Positions 1 through 8,661 of a stretch of DNA of 64,000 nt are shown piece by piece. Position numbers and translations under genes: made by a program. Source of the stretch: a virus (Duplodnaviria; Caudoviricetes). The number at the start of each line of letters is the position of its first letter. The stretch's first letter is position 1. Where the stretch lies: the IMG/VR virus record IMGVR_UViG_2898902220_000006, positions 20,854 to 84,853 of that record. One strand, given 5' to 3'. The notes under the pieces were generated by a model that saw only the letters and a list, made by a program, of their open reading frames with translations, ran no database searches and was not told where the DNA came from.

Positions 1-1
1 A

Positions 2-130
2 TCAATCTTCTTTTATTTGGCTAACGAGCTGCTTTCCATTCTTGAAAATGCTGGTAGGATCGGTGTTCCTGTACCAGACGTAATTAAACGGGCTGTAGAG
101 GTTTTGAAAGATAAAGGAGAGGGTAAGTAA
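2..130 (+). CDS. Phage holin, 3' end (phage holin 4_1 / toxin-secretion-lysis type)
   Basis: Manual translation SIFFYLANELLSILENAGRIGVPVPDVIKRAVEVLKDKGEGK*; the NE..SI.ENAG..G.P.P motif is typical; the stop overlaps the lysin ATG. Confidence 0.85.
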   Translation, partial: SIFFYLANELLSILENAGRIGVPVPDVIKRAVEVLKDKGEGK

Positions 131-903
131 TGCAAGCTAAAAATGAAACCAACATCAAAGGGATTGACGTATCCCATCATAATAGCCTGATTGATTGGAA
201 GCAGGTTGCCTCAGACGGCGTGAAATACGCTTTTATTAAAGCGACAGAAGGAACGGGATTTGTTGATAAAAAGTTACGTGAGAACGCCACACAAGCCCAT
301 GAAAACGGAATCAAGGTTAGTTATTATCACTTTGCCCATCCTGATATGTCCCCACAGGCTCAGGCAAATCATTTTCTTACCACTATACAAGGGTTACCCC
401 TTGATTTTCCAGTGGTGCTAGATATAGAAACAACGAAAGGATTACAAGCATCACAGATTACAACGTTTTGTTTAGCGTTTCTTACTCACATCAAGGCTCG
501 CACAGATAAGACCCCTATCCTTTATACAGGAGCTTCTTTTGCTAAGACTCACTTAGGTAAAGAGCTTGTTGGCTTCCCATTGTGGGTTGCTCATTATAAC
601 GTTGACCAGCCGATGAAGAATAACACATGGAACCGTTGGGCTGTATTTCAATACACGGACAGTGGGAAGGTACGCGGCATCAATGGAAACGTAGACATGA
701 ACTGGATGGAAAAAGAATTTTGGGATATACACATGAAGGAGGAAACAACTGTGGATAAAATGTTAGCAAATGAGCTTATTTTGGTTTTGAAAACACAATG
801 GAAAGTTAGTGACGCAATGGGAATGAAGGAGCAAGCGAAATACCTTGGTGAACTTGCCGATCGGGTACGTGTTGCTAGTGGACAGGAGCCACAGAATAAA
901 TAG
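130..903 (+). CDS. GH25 muramidase endolysin
   Basis: GIDVSHH, FIKATEG, LDIE and FQYT..G.V.GI.GNVD motifs; follows the holin. Confidence 0.92.
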   Translation: MQAKNETNIKGIDVSHHNSLIDWKQVASDGVKYAFIKATEGTGFVDKKLRENATQAHENGIKVSYYHFAHPDMSPQAQANHFLTTIQGLPLDFPVVLDIETTKGLQASQITTFCLAFLTHIKARTDKTPILYTGASFAKTHLGKELVGFPLWVAHYNVDQPMKNNTWNRWAVFQYTDSGKVRGINGNVDMNWMEKEFWDIHMKEETTVDKMLANELILVLKTQWKVSDAMGMKEQAKYLGELADRVRVASGQEPQNK

Positions 904-925
904 TTAACGCTTTAAGGGAACAAGA

Positions 926-952
926 AAACGTCCGAGGGAGATTCGGACGTTT
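926..952. terminator. Probably bidirectional intrinsic terminator between lysin and lipoprotein genes
   Basis: AAACGTCCGA / TCGGACGTTT inverted repeat between convergent genes. Confidence 0.75.
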
Positions 953-971
953 CTCTTTGCATAATGATGCC

Positions 972-1607
972 TCAATCTAGATCAGTTATATCTTCAATAA
1001 GGTAATGATCCTTATCTTTGACAAGATTGAATTGTACCTTTACTATAATTTGTTGTTTATTTTTGAAATTAGAGGAATCGTATCCAATACCTGTTATCAG
1101 AACGCTTGTATTTGTTTCACTTTTCTTTTGGAGGTCTACTTTTAGGTCTTCCAAAATCCCTTGTAAGCTTGTTGTGAATCGTTCTGTCTCAATGCACTCA
1201 TAAGTGCCATCATCTTTCTTTTTAAAATAAAAAGCAAAGATTTCTTCTGCTTTAGTAGGAGTAAAATATTTTGTTAATGTTGAAACAATGACATCTTTCG
1301 AATTGCCATCAATGAACTGCTTTGATCTTGTTAACCATAAAAATTCGCTTGTCCATGTTTGCAATTTTTCAAACCAAATCCACTTAGGTATATCTCCTTT
1401 ACTGGTAAGGACTTCATCACTCAGTACCTCAGGAGCAGATTTTTCTACAAGAGATGCTATGAGAGTTATGTTTTCTTTTGTTAGTAAATCATTCCGTATA
1501 CTACTTGTAGTTTCAACTTTACTTGGAGAACACGCTGAAATTGAAGTGGTAGCAATTATGGAAATCAGTAAGAAAAGAAAAACTTTTTTCATCACCAAAC
1601 CCTCCAT
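972..1607 (-). CDS. Lipoprotein of unknown function (likely start MKKVF at 1592)
   Basis: Basic N-terminus, hydrophobic stretch and lipobox-like ISAC. Confidence 0.75.
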   Translation of the reverse strand: MEGLVMKKVFLFLLISIIATTSISACSPSKVETTSSIRNDLLTKENITLIASLVEKSAPEVLSDEVLTSKGDIPKWIWFEKLQTWTSEFLWLTRSKQFIDGNSKDVIVSTLTKYFTPTKAEEIFAFYFKKKDDGTYECIETERFTTSLQGILEDLKVDLQKKSETNTSVLITGIGYDSSNFKNKQQIIVKVQFNLVKDKDHYLIEDITDLD

Positions 1608-1678
1608 TCTGTATTCAATTTTTTATTTTAAAAGCAAGAACCCCCTTATTATAAAGGGGGCACAAGGCATTTGTCAAT

Positions 1679-2329
1679 TTATTCCAAAGGTATTCCTAAT
1701 TCAGTACGTTGCTCAGGTGTCATTGCACGAATTTCTTCAAGGCTATAAAAAATGGAGTCTTCATTCGTTAGCTCTGGAGGTAGCATGTCTGTCTCAATAC
1801 TATCTATATCGAATTCTTGTATCTTTGTAGTAAAGGTTTTAATCTTAGGGAAATATGGCAATGGATCAAAAGGTACGTTTCCAAAATCATATTTTGTACC
1901 ATTTCTTGTTTCAAAGTGTAAGTGAACACCATCGGCGCCACCTGTTTCTCCCATTTCCCCGATCTGTTCTCCTTCAGAAACTTTCTCATCATCCGAAACC
2001 AAGGGTTCTTTATTTAGATGAGCATACCAAGTTTGCACATTTTTTTTATCGACAGTATGGTTAATTACCACCAAATAACCATAACTACTCTTTTTACCTT
2101 TCTTGCTTTCATGGTATCCAGAAAAAGCAACTTTACCACCAAAAGCTGAAACTATAGAATCTCCAGCCTTCCCTGCTTTCTTAGCTCCAATATCTAGTCC
2201 CTTATGACCATTTCCGTACTTTTGTGTCACTCTAGTAGAGTCGGGAACAGGCCATGTTGCGGCTAATGCTGTAGTGGATGAGGTTAGAATTGCTATTGCA
2301 GTCAGTAGTGCGAATCCTTTTTTCATCAT
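1679..2329 (-). CDS. Secreted M23 family metallopeptidase
   Basis: Signal peptide, HKGLD (HxxxD), YAHL and HLHFE (HxH) motifs. Confidence 0.9.
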   Translation of the reverse strand: MMKKGFALLTAIAILTSSTTALAATWPVPDSTRVTQKYGNGHKGLDIGAKKAGKAGDSIVSAFGGKVAFSGYHESKKGKKSSYGYLVVINHTVDKKNVQTWYAHLNKEPLVSDDEKVSEGEQIGEMGETGGADGVHLHFETRNGTKYDFGNVPFDPLPYFPKIKTFTTKIQEFDIDSIETDMLPPELTNEDSIFYSLEEIRAMTPEQRTELGIPLE

Positions 2330-2447
2330 TTATCACCTTTCTACTTTTCGATATAGAATTGCTCAAACAATTCTTTTGAAAATTAATTAAATATTTACAT
2401 TGTATCCTTATGAAAATGATGTAAATATTTACAATTGTAAGGTTAGT

Positions 2448-2585
2448 TCATCGCTTTTTTTCTAGCAAAATCTTTTTAGCTTTATCTTTAAGATCAAGTC
2501 GGCGTTCAGACCATTCTTGTTTTAATTCTTGTTTTCGTAATATTTCCTCTGGCTCTATCAATTTCAATTTCTTGATAAGAGTCAC
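2448..2585 (-). CDS. Small basic protein, 45 aa (not in ORF track)
   Basis: GTG start; MTLIKKLKLIEPEEILRKQELKQEWSERRLDLKDKAKKILLEKKR*; GGGG just upstream. Confidence 0.5.
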   Translation of the reverse strand: MTLIKKLKLIEPEEILRKQELKQEWSERRLDLKDKAKKILLEKKR

Positions 2586-2701
2586 CCCATACCAACATAA
2601 TGGACATTCTAATTGTCTTAAAGGAATAGCTGAAACACGGCTGTTTTCTTTTCAAAAGGTTTATTCCGTACAGCTTATTCTCATATCCGACAACTACTTT
2701 T

Positions 2702-2878
2702 CTAATAAAAAAAATTTTTTCCCTTTAAACGCAAGGGCATGATAAACTTGAATGGAGCATTTTTTAAATGCTTGGAGTGTCGGGGTGTTCCTAAGCTTTC
2801 GTCGGGCCTATGGGAACATCCCGTTTTTATTTCCCTCTTAACTTCCTTCTCTGGACATTTATTGTCCCATACTAGCAT
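2702..2878 (-). CDS. Possible small protein, 58 aa (not in ORF track)
   Basis: Strong RBS AGAAAGGAG before ATG; MLVWDNKCPEKEVKREIK...KNFFY*; coding status uncertain. Confidence 0.35.
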   Translation of the reverse strand: MLVWDNKCPEKEVKREIKTGCSHRPDESLGTPRHSKHLKNAPFKFIMPLRLKGKNFFY

Positions 2879-3071
2879 GTGCCAACTCCTTTCTATGAGT
2901 ATTCCTTATTTGCTACCCTCCCTTCTCTGGCAACCACAAAAATGATAAAAATAACGTATTTTTCTATATTTTTCATGTGTTGCCATTTGTTGACTTAATT
3001 ATATATCAGTAGGAACAAATTTTCCTAATAGAAATTTGTGTTAATTAATTAAGTCTTTTTGTTTGATTCTC

Positions 3072-3236
3072 TTATTTTCTCTTAAAAATTAAATCTGGTA
3101 ATTTTAGTGAAACTATTATCGTGATAAATAATAAGATGCATCGTGTCCAGAAGGACAAGTCTGGAATCATGTTAATCGAATAAAAGGATAAAAATAGTAG
3201 AACTACTGTTAATAAAGTGTTTTTTATAGTGATCAT
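3072..3236 (-). CDS. Small two-TM membrane protein, 54 aa (not in ORF track)
   Basis: RBS AGGAGG; MITIKNTLLTVVLLFLSFYSINMIPDLSFWTRCILLFITIIVSLKLPDLIFKRK*. Confidence 0.7.
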   Translation of the reverse strand: MITIKNTLLTVVLLFLSFYSINMIPDLSFWTRCILLFITIIVSLKLPDLIFKRK

Positions 3237-3264
3237 AAAGTAGATTCTCCTCCTAATTCATTCC

Positions 3265-3291
3265 AAAAAAAAAGAGAGGATGCCCTCTCTA
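3265..3291 (-). terminator. Intrinsic terminator after the propeptide gene
   Basis: Minus strand AGAGAGG-GCAT-CCTCTCT followed by a long T run. Confidence 0.85.
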
Positions 3292-3292
3292 A

Positions 3293-3415
3293 TTACCAAC
3301 CTTCACCTACGCTTTTTGAAGAAGCTGTTGTTTCCAATTCCTTAACCTCAAAATTCGTTTCTGTAAAGCCGTACAAGGAAAGAATCGCTAGTAAGAAAAT
3401 TATTCCTCGCTTCAT
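3293..3415 (-). CDS. Secreted signalling propeptide, 40 aa (Phr/AimP/AloP-like; not in ORF track)
   Basis: MKRGIIFLLAILSLYGFTETNFEVKELETTASSKSVGEGW*: basic N-terminus, hydrophobic core, polar C-terminus; RBS-like GGGACGGTGA; overlaps the receptor 3' end. Confidence 0.85.
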   Translation of the reverse strand: MKRGIIFLLAILSLYGFTETNFEVKELETTASSKSVGEGW

Positions 3416-4697
3416 GTAAATCACCGTCCCTTTCTGTCATGACATCGACAAATTTGTCTTTTTGTTCTGGTGTTGCAAGATAATCATATTCATAATACTT
3501 CAAAATAATGCTACGGACTCTTTCTACATTTTTAAACATGATAGCTAGGTCTAGAGCTTCAAAGATGTATTCAAACCCTTTATTGCTATCCTCAATTATA
3601 AAATAATATGAGGCTAATGCTTGATAAAGTTTTAGCTTATGTCTTTTGGTAGGAATGCTTGTTTGACAAGCAATTTTTTTGATTTGTTCTTCAAAGGTAC
3701 AGATCAGTTTTTGAATGCTTTCTATATCTTTATTCTGTAAATATGTTTCAACAGCAACTGGCAATAACATAAATATTTCAACATCAGTAGCTAAACTAGC
3801 AAAGTTGTCAATGTATTCGACATGGCCCATTTCTATTGAAAATAATAATTCGTTTAATTTTGAAATTTGCTGATAGCCTTCATAGTTAGCATATTCTTTA
3901 GTTATAAGCAATGCTTTATTATAATCTTTCATTTCTCGATAACTAAAGGATTCATATAGTAAGGCTTCCGCTATGAATTTGTTATCGTTTAATGTGATAG
4001 CCAATTCCTTCAATTCTGCTGCATACTTTAATAATTCCCCCCATTTTTCTACGGCATTATAAAAAGTTAATATTTTATAATACGCTTCTAGTTTATATTC
4101 TTCTGGAAGTATAGGAAAGTATTCTAAAAATTGGTAAAGAGTTTGATACCCAGAGACAGTAAGGTCTATATCTCTAGCTATTACAAATCGTTTAAAATAA
4201 GAAATGGCTGCTCGTTCATTACGAGTTGTACTGTTCGCGGTCACGATATCATACAAGGGCAGACTGTAGTTTCTTTGATCGGATGAAAAAATATGCTCTG
4301 CCATCTTAAAGGTGTTATCAAGAAGCCTTCTTCTATCTGTATCATCTTTGATCAATTCTATGATCCTCTTTGTAATGTCATATCGTTCTACGTTGATACA
4401 ACTTGTGAAAAAATCAGCAGTTTTAACAGGTGACAATTTTCCTGATTCGTTAAAGCATTCCCCAATAAAATACTCATAGAAGGTGTCTTTCGGTAATCCT
4501 AAAGCTTCTGTAATAGCGTCTAATTGAGGTAATGTCAATCCCCGTTTGTTGTTCATTATTTGACTCAAAGTAACTGAATCAATTCCGGTGGCGAGAATCA
4601 AATCTTTTTGTTTCCATTCTTTTTTATCAAGTGCATCTTGCAAATGCTGACGTAGTTCTATTTGTGCCTCTTGATAACTGTATTCCAAAGCTTGCAT
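3348..4697 (-). CDS. XRE-HTH plus TPR-like regulator (RRNPP-type peptide receptor)
   Basis: N-terminal HTH (KQKDLILATGIDSVTLSQIMN), long helical Tyr/Ala-rich C-terminal region, adjacent propeptide. Confidence 0.8.
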   Translation of the reverse strand: MQALEYSYQEAQIELRQHLQDALDKKEWKQKDLILATGIDSVTLSQIMNNKRGLTLPQLDAITEALGLPKDTFYEYFIGECFNESGKLSPVKTADFFTSCINVERYDITKRIIELIKDDTDRRRLLDNTFKMAEHIFSSDQRNYSLPLYDIVTANSTTRNERAAISYFKRFVIARDIDLTVSGYQTLYQFLEYFPILPEEYKLEAYYKILTFYNAVEKWGELLKYAAELKELAITLNDNKFIAEALLYESFSYREMKDYNKALLITKEYANYEGYQQISKLNELLFSIEMGHVEYIDNFASLATDVEIFMLLPVAVETYLQNKDIESIQKLICTFEEQIKKIACQTSIPTKRHKLKLYQALASYYFIIEDSNKGFEYIFEALDLAIMFKNVERVRSIILKYYEYDYLATPEQKDKFVDVMTERDGDLHEARNNFLTSDSFLVRLYRNEF

Positions 4698-4877
4698 TTA
4701 CCTATCCCCCTTATTGGTCTTGGAAATATAAGGAAAAACGTAACTTCCCATATGATACTGTAATTAGATAATATTGTAAACTATAATGAAAGGAAATAAA
4801 TGATTTTTTTAGAAATATTAAGTACCTATAGGTTCTCAAATATTGTAGGAGAGAGTAGAAAATCTACTCATCAATGC

Positions 4878-5120
4878 CTATTGTTCCCGTTCCCATTCGT
4901 AGAGGTCTTCCATGCGGAAGTTTGGCATGTACGCCTGAATGATGCAAGTAATGGTATACATAGCTTCTGGAGACATCGGTTTTGTATTGGTAGCATAATG
5001 CGATATCATTCTGGCTGAATAACCTGTTCGCCTCGCTAACTCAGCTTGTTTCATACCAATAAAGTTCAGGACGGGCTGTAATAGGCATTTCCCACGTAGG
5101 TAAGATACCATTACATTCAT
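4878..5120 (-). CDS. Small XRE-family HTH regulator
   Basis: MKQAELARRTGYSARMISHY HTH; EDLYEW tail. Confidence 0.8.
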   Translation of the reverse strand: MNVMVSYLRGKCLLQPVLNFIGMKQAELARRTGYSARMISHYATNTKPMSPEAMYTITCIIQAYMPNFRMEDLYEWEREQ

Positions 5121-5172
5121 TCCCTATAGGTTAATATTTGATTTATCAGAGGCAAAATTATTTCCTAAAACC

Positions 5173-5203
5173 AGAACATACATTCCCGTTTTTATGTTAT
5201 AAT
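5173..5203 (+). promoter_or_regulatory. SOS-box-like site plus extended -10 promoter
   Basis: AGAACATACATTCC (5173-5186) is one mismatch from the GAAC-N4-GTTC core; TG-T-TATAAT at 5195-5203. Confidence 0.45.
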
Positions 5204-5266
5204 AGTTTTAACAACATTTAACAACTATGAAGAGAATTTAAAAGTAATAGGATGGGGGATTGATCA

Positions 5267-5446
5267 ATGGTACGTGATCGCGTAATTGTAGATATAGACA
5301 AATTAGCAAATGTAATAAAGATCAATTTACGAAATGTAATAGATGTTACACCTAATATTATTCGTAATCGCGTTCAACACGAAGAAAGGCAATTAACTTT
5401 TTCCATTCCTTCTCGGTCAACTCCCGACCATCCACAACTACTTTGA
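5267..5446 (+). CDS. Small ORF, 59 aa, overlapping the repressor 3' end in antisense (not in ORF track)
   Basis: GGGGG RBS; MVRDRVIVDIDKLANVIKINLRNVIDVTPNIIRNR...PQLL*; lies downstream of the promoter at 5195. Confidence 0.4.
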   Translation: MVRDRVIVDIDKLANVIKINLRNVIDVTPNIIRNRVQHEERQLTFSIPSRSTPDHPQLL

Positions 5447-5789
5447 ACTGTTTTCTTAATTCTTCATCGGATAGATCAATATTTTTTAGAAACTCTTTTT
5501 CGTTTTTATACGAATCAGGGTTTTCTTTTTTTTGCAGTTTTTCATCATCAGAAGGAGCGTAGTCATATAAGTTAACATCAGTTTTACATAATAAATAATC
5601 TGTAGTGACATTAAACAACTCAGCTAGTTTTGCTACAACTTCACTAGGAACATTGGTAATTTTTTCACGTTCATAATTTGAGATATTAGCTCTATTCATA
5701 TTGAGAAGTTTTGCTAGGTCATCTTGTGAAAATCCTCTTTTTTTTCTTAACTCGGCAAGTCTTTTTCCGAATGTCATACTGGAATTCAT
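5358..5789 (-). CDS. Prophage 1 CI-like XRE repressor
   Basis: FGKRLAELRKKRGFSQDDLA...ISNYER HTH; TTDYLL motif; divergent from the Cro-like gene. Confidence 0.88.
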   Translation of the reverse strand: MNSSMTFGKRLAELRKKRGFSQDDLAKLLNMNRANISNYEREKITNVPSEVVAKLAELFNVTTDYLLCKTDVNLYDYAPSDDEKLQKKENPDSYKNEKEFLKNIDLSDEELRKQFKVVVDGRELTEKEWKKLIAFLRVERDYE

Positions 5790-5884
5790 CTCCTATATTA
5801 CGATGAGTAATTTTTAATTTCGAAATTCACACTTGCGCAATTTTGAATTACATGTTATCTTAATCTACGAAAGGAGGTGAACCC

Positions 5885-6127
5885 ATGAAAGGTTCAACAA
5901 AGAAGCCTGTTAGAAAACCTCGATTACGTTTTAAAGAATTGAGAGAATCTAAAGGCACTCAGTTAAAGGTTGCGCAAGATATGGGAGTTACTGAGACAAC
6001 TGTGAGATATTTAGAGAATGGTTACATTAATCCTAGTGTAACTACGTTATTTGGTTTTGCTCATTACTTTGGAACAGATGTTTATGATCTTTGGCCTGAC
6101 TTAGCATTTCAAGGTGTAGAAGTTTAA
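5885..6127 (+). CDS. Cro-like XRE regulator
   Basis: GTQLKVAQDMGVTETTVRYLENG HTH; first gene of the early operon. Confidence 0.85.
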   Translation: MKGSTKKPVRKPRLRFKELRESKGTQLKVAQDMGVTETTVRYLENGYINPSVTTLFGFAHYFGTDVYDLWPDLAFQGVEV

Positions 6128-6321
6128 GAAAGATAATTGTTCTGTTGAGATTAGTATATTACGTAATTCATAATTACGCAACTGGCATTTTACAATTTGT
6201 GCAAATGTTTCTTTGTTATGCCCATAGAGTAATTAATAATTACTTTCGTAGAGGAATTACAAATTACTATTGCCATCCAATCATCAATTCATACTTAAAA
6301 ATAAAAGCGAGGAGATTTCAA

Positions 6322-7035
6322 ATGAAACAACTACAGGTGATTAATCAAAATGGACAACTATTAGCGGACAGCCGAGAAGTGGCTGAAATGGTAGGGAAAC
6401 GGCACGATCATTTGATTAGAGATATTGAGGGGTATGTAGCTGTTTTGGATCAAAACCCAAATTTGGGGACTGACCATTTTTTCTTTGAAAGTAGCTACAC
6501 ATCTGGAACAGGGAAACGATACAAATGCTATCTACTAACCCGCAAAGGTTGCGACATGGTAGCTAATAAAATGACTGGCGAAAAAGGTGTTCTATTTACT
6601 GCCGAGTATGTTACTCGATTCGAAGAAATGGAAAAACAGCTAAGTGGCAACAACTTTACTGGATTGAGTAAGGAGTTACAAGCAATCTTCTTTCTGGATA
6701 AAAAAACGCAGGAGATTGAAAGTCGTGTAACACATTTAGAACAAACGTCAACGATTGATTACGGGCAACAACTAGAGATTAGTAATTCATGCAGAAGTCG
6801 AGTTATGCACATTACTAGCGGTCGCGAGAGCAATGCATATAAAGATATAAACCTACGTTCTAAAGTTTTCAAAGCTATATGGAGAGATTACAAGAATTAT
6901 TTCAAGGTTGATTCTTACCGCAATACTTCTCCATTGGATTATCAAAAGGCCCGTGAATATATTCAGACATGGAAACCGGATGGGAAGCTGTTACGCGAGA
7001 TTGACGAAGCTAACAACCAATTAAGTTTTGTATAG
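6322..7035 (+). CDS. Rha-family regulator/antirepressor with C-terminal ORF6C-like domain (true start likely 6322, not 6145)
   Basis: DSREVAEMVGKRHDHLIRDI and CDMVANKMTGEKG...YVTRFEEME motifs; RBS GAGGAG. Confidence 0.88.
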   Translation: MKQLQVINQNGQLLADSREVAEMVGKRHDHLIRDIEGYVAVLDQNPNLGTDHFFFESSYTSGTGKRYKCYLLTRKGCDMVANKMTGEKGVLFTAEYVTRFEEMEKQLSGNNFTGLSKELQAIFFLDKKTQEIESRVTHLEQTSTIDYGQQLEISNSCRSRVMHITSGRESNAYKDINLRSKVFKAIWRDYKNYFKVDSYRNTSPLDYQKAREYIQTWKPDGKLLREIDEANNQLSFV

Positions 7036-7142
7036 GAAGGAGAAAAGTAAATTGACACTTTTAAAATTGGCTGAGATTTGGGGAAAGAAGCCTTTGCAAC
7101 AGGCTATCATTCTACGAAACGCACAACGAGAGGAGAAAAACC

Positions 7143-8660
7143 GTGGAAATTAAGTTTATATCTATTAAACTGCACAATTTTAAAAGTCACCGTGATCTTG
7201 TCGTAGAGTTTGGCGACCTTACCAAGATCACAGGTGACAACGCAAGAGGGAAATCTAGTATTTTAGAATCCATCTCATGGACATTGTACGGTACAGATAC
7301 GTTAGGTAGCAAGACCGATCCAACACCTACCAATTATGAATACGACCATATATACACAGAATTTTTACTATCTGTTGATAACAAGCAGATTTTACTTGGT
7401 CGCTCGATTGAAAAAGGCAAGAGCAAACTGTATGTAAATGAAGTCCCGACAAAATCCACAGAGTTTGACGAACTGGTCAAGTCTCTATTTGATAAAGATT
7501 TATTCTTAGCTCTATTTAATCCGGTCTACTTCTCTTCTCTACATTGGGAGAAACAGCGTAGTATGTTGCTTCAATACGTTACACCACCACTAAACAAAGA
7601 AGTATTTGCACAACTACCAGAAACACAAGCAAAAAAGCTGTCTGAGCAATTGAAAAAACACACATTATCAGATTTAGAAAAGATTCATCGGGACAATAAA
7701 AACAAGATGGACAAGGCTCTTATAGCGGAAGCAAGTCGTACTAGAACTTTGCAAAATCAACTCAAACATGTATCTCAACTTGATATCAATGTGGAAGAAA
7801 CGAAATCAGAAATTGAAAAGCTCACAAATCAGATCAAAGAGATAGAAGCTACCACGTTTTCAGCAAGTGAAAACAATCAACGATACAGTTCTTTACATGC
7901 TCAAATCCAGTCCCTACAAGAACAAGTTAGTTCCTCAGCTTCAAAGTGGCCCTCATTACGTGACGAGGCTATTGAGGACACATGCAGAACATGCAAGCGG
8001 CTATTAGATGCGGATTCAATTGAAGTAGTAAAGACAGACAAAGCAGAGCGAGAAGAACAGTACAAAGTTAATCACAAGTTGTTGGTGACAAAAAGAAACG
8101 AACTTCAATCTCAACTTGGGCATTTTGAATTTATTGATGTGTCGGAACAACTCGAAAAAATTCGGGAGCTAGAAAAAAAACAAAAATCATTACTTGCTAA
8201 CATTGCGGTACAAGATCAAAGAGAACTGCTACTAGACCAGATTAAACAGGCTGAGAGTGCGGAAATTGAAACTCGTGAAAGTCGAAATGAATCCATCCTA
8301 GTGTTGGATGCAATCAAGGCCTATGAAGCTAAAGCCGCAGAGTTACAAGCAATGAAAGTGCAAGACCTATTTACTACCCTATCCGTTCGCTTGTTTAAAC
8401 AGAACAAAGGTGACGGTGAATATAAACCAGATTTTGAAATTGAAATGGACGATAAACCATATCGAAAGCTTTCCCTCTCTGAAACCATCCGAGCAGGTTT
8501 GGAATTGCGAGACGTTTTGAGTAAACAGTCAGGAATTATTGCCCCTTGCTTTGTGGATAATTCAGAATCTATCACTCGCTTTACTAGACCTTTAGGACAG
8601 TTAATTACATCCAGAGTGGTAGCAGATCAAGAATTGATAATCGAGACGGAGGGCAAATAA
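7143..8660 (+). CDS. SMC/Rad50-like AAA ATPase of the phage recombination module
   Basis: Walker A GDNARGKS, coiled coil with CRTC hook, LS.SE signature, FVDNSES Walker B. Confidence 0.85.
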   Translation: MEIKFISIKLHNFKSHRDLVVEFGDLTKITGDNARGKSSILESISWTLYGTDTLGSKTDPTPTNYEYDHIYTEFLLSVDNKQILLGRSIEKGKSKLYVNEVPTKSTEFDELVKSLFDKDLFLALFNPVYFSSLHWEKQRSMLLQYVTPPLNKEVFAQLPETQAKKLSEQLKKHTLSDLEKIHRDNKNKMDKALIAEASRTRTLQNQLKHVSQLDINVEETKSEIEKLTNQIKEIEATTFSASENNQRYSSLHAQIQSLQEQVSSSASKWPSLRDEAIEDTCRTCKRLLDADSIEVVKTDKAEREEQYKVNHKLLVTKRNELQSQLGHFEFIDVSEQLEKIRELEKKQKSLLANIAVQDQRELLLDQIKQAESAEIETRESRNESILVLDAIKAYEAKAAELQAMKVQDLFTTLSVRLFKQNKGDGEYKPDFEIEMDDKPYRKLSLSETIRAGLELRDVLSKQSGIIAPCFVDNSESITRFTRPLGQLITSRVVADQELIIETEGK

Positions 8661-8661
8661 A

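Noticed and set aside
1018-2064. Plus-strand ORFs 1018-1203, 1288-1830, 1855-2064 and minus ORF 1804-1992
   Set aside because: Shadows of the lipoprotein and M23 genes; no RBS or motifs.
2700-2830. Structured-looking stretch with CGAAA and short hairpins, considered as a ribozyme or riboswitch
   Set aside because: No complete hammerhead core (CUGANGA plus stems) or recognisable riboswitch; needs an Rfam scan.
6145-6321. N-terminal extension of the Rha ORF in the track
   Set aside because: Atypical composition; RBS and family similarity start at 6322.
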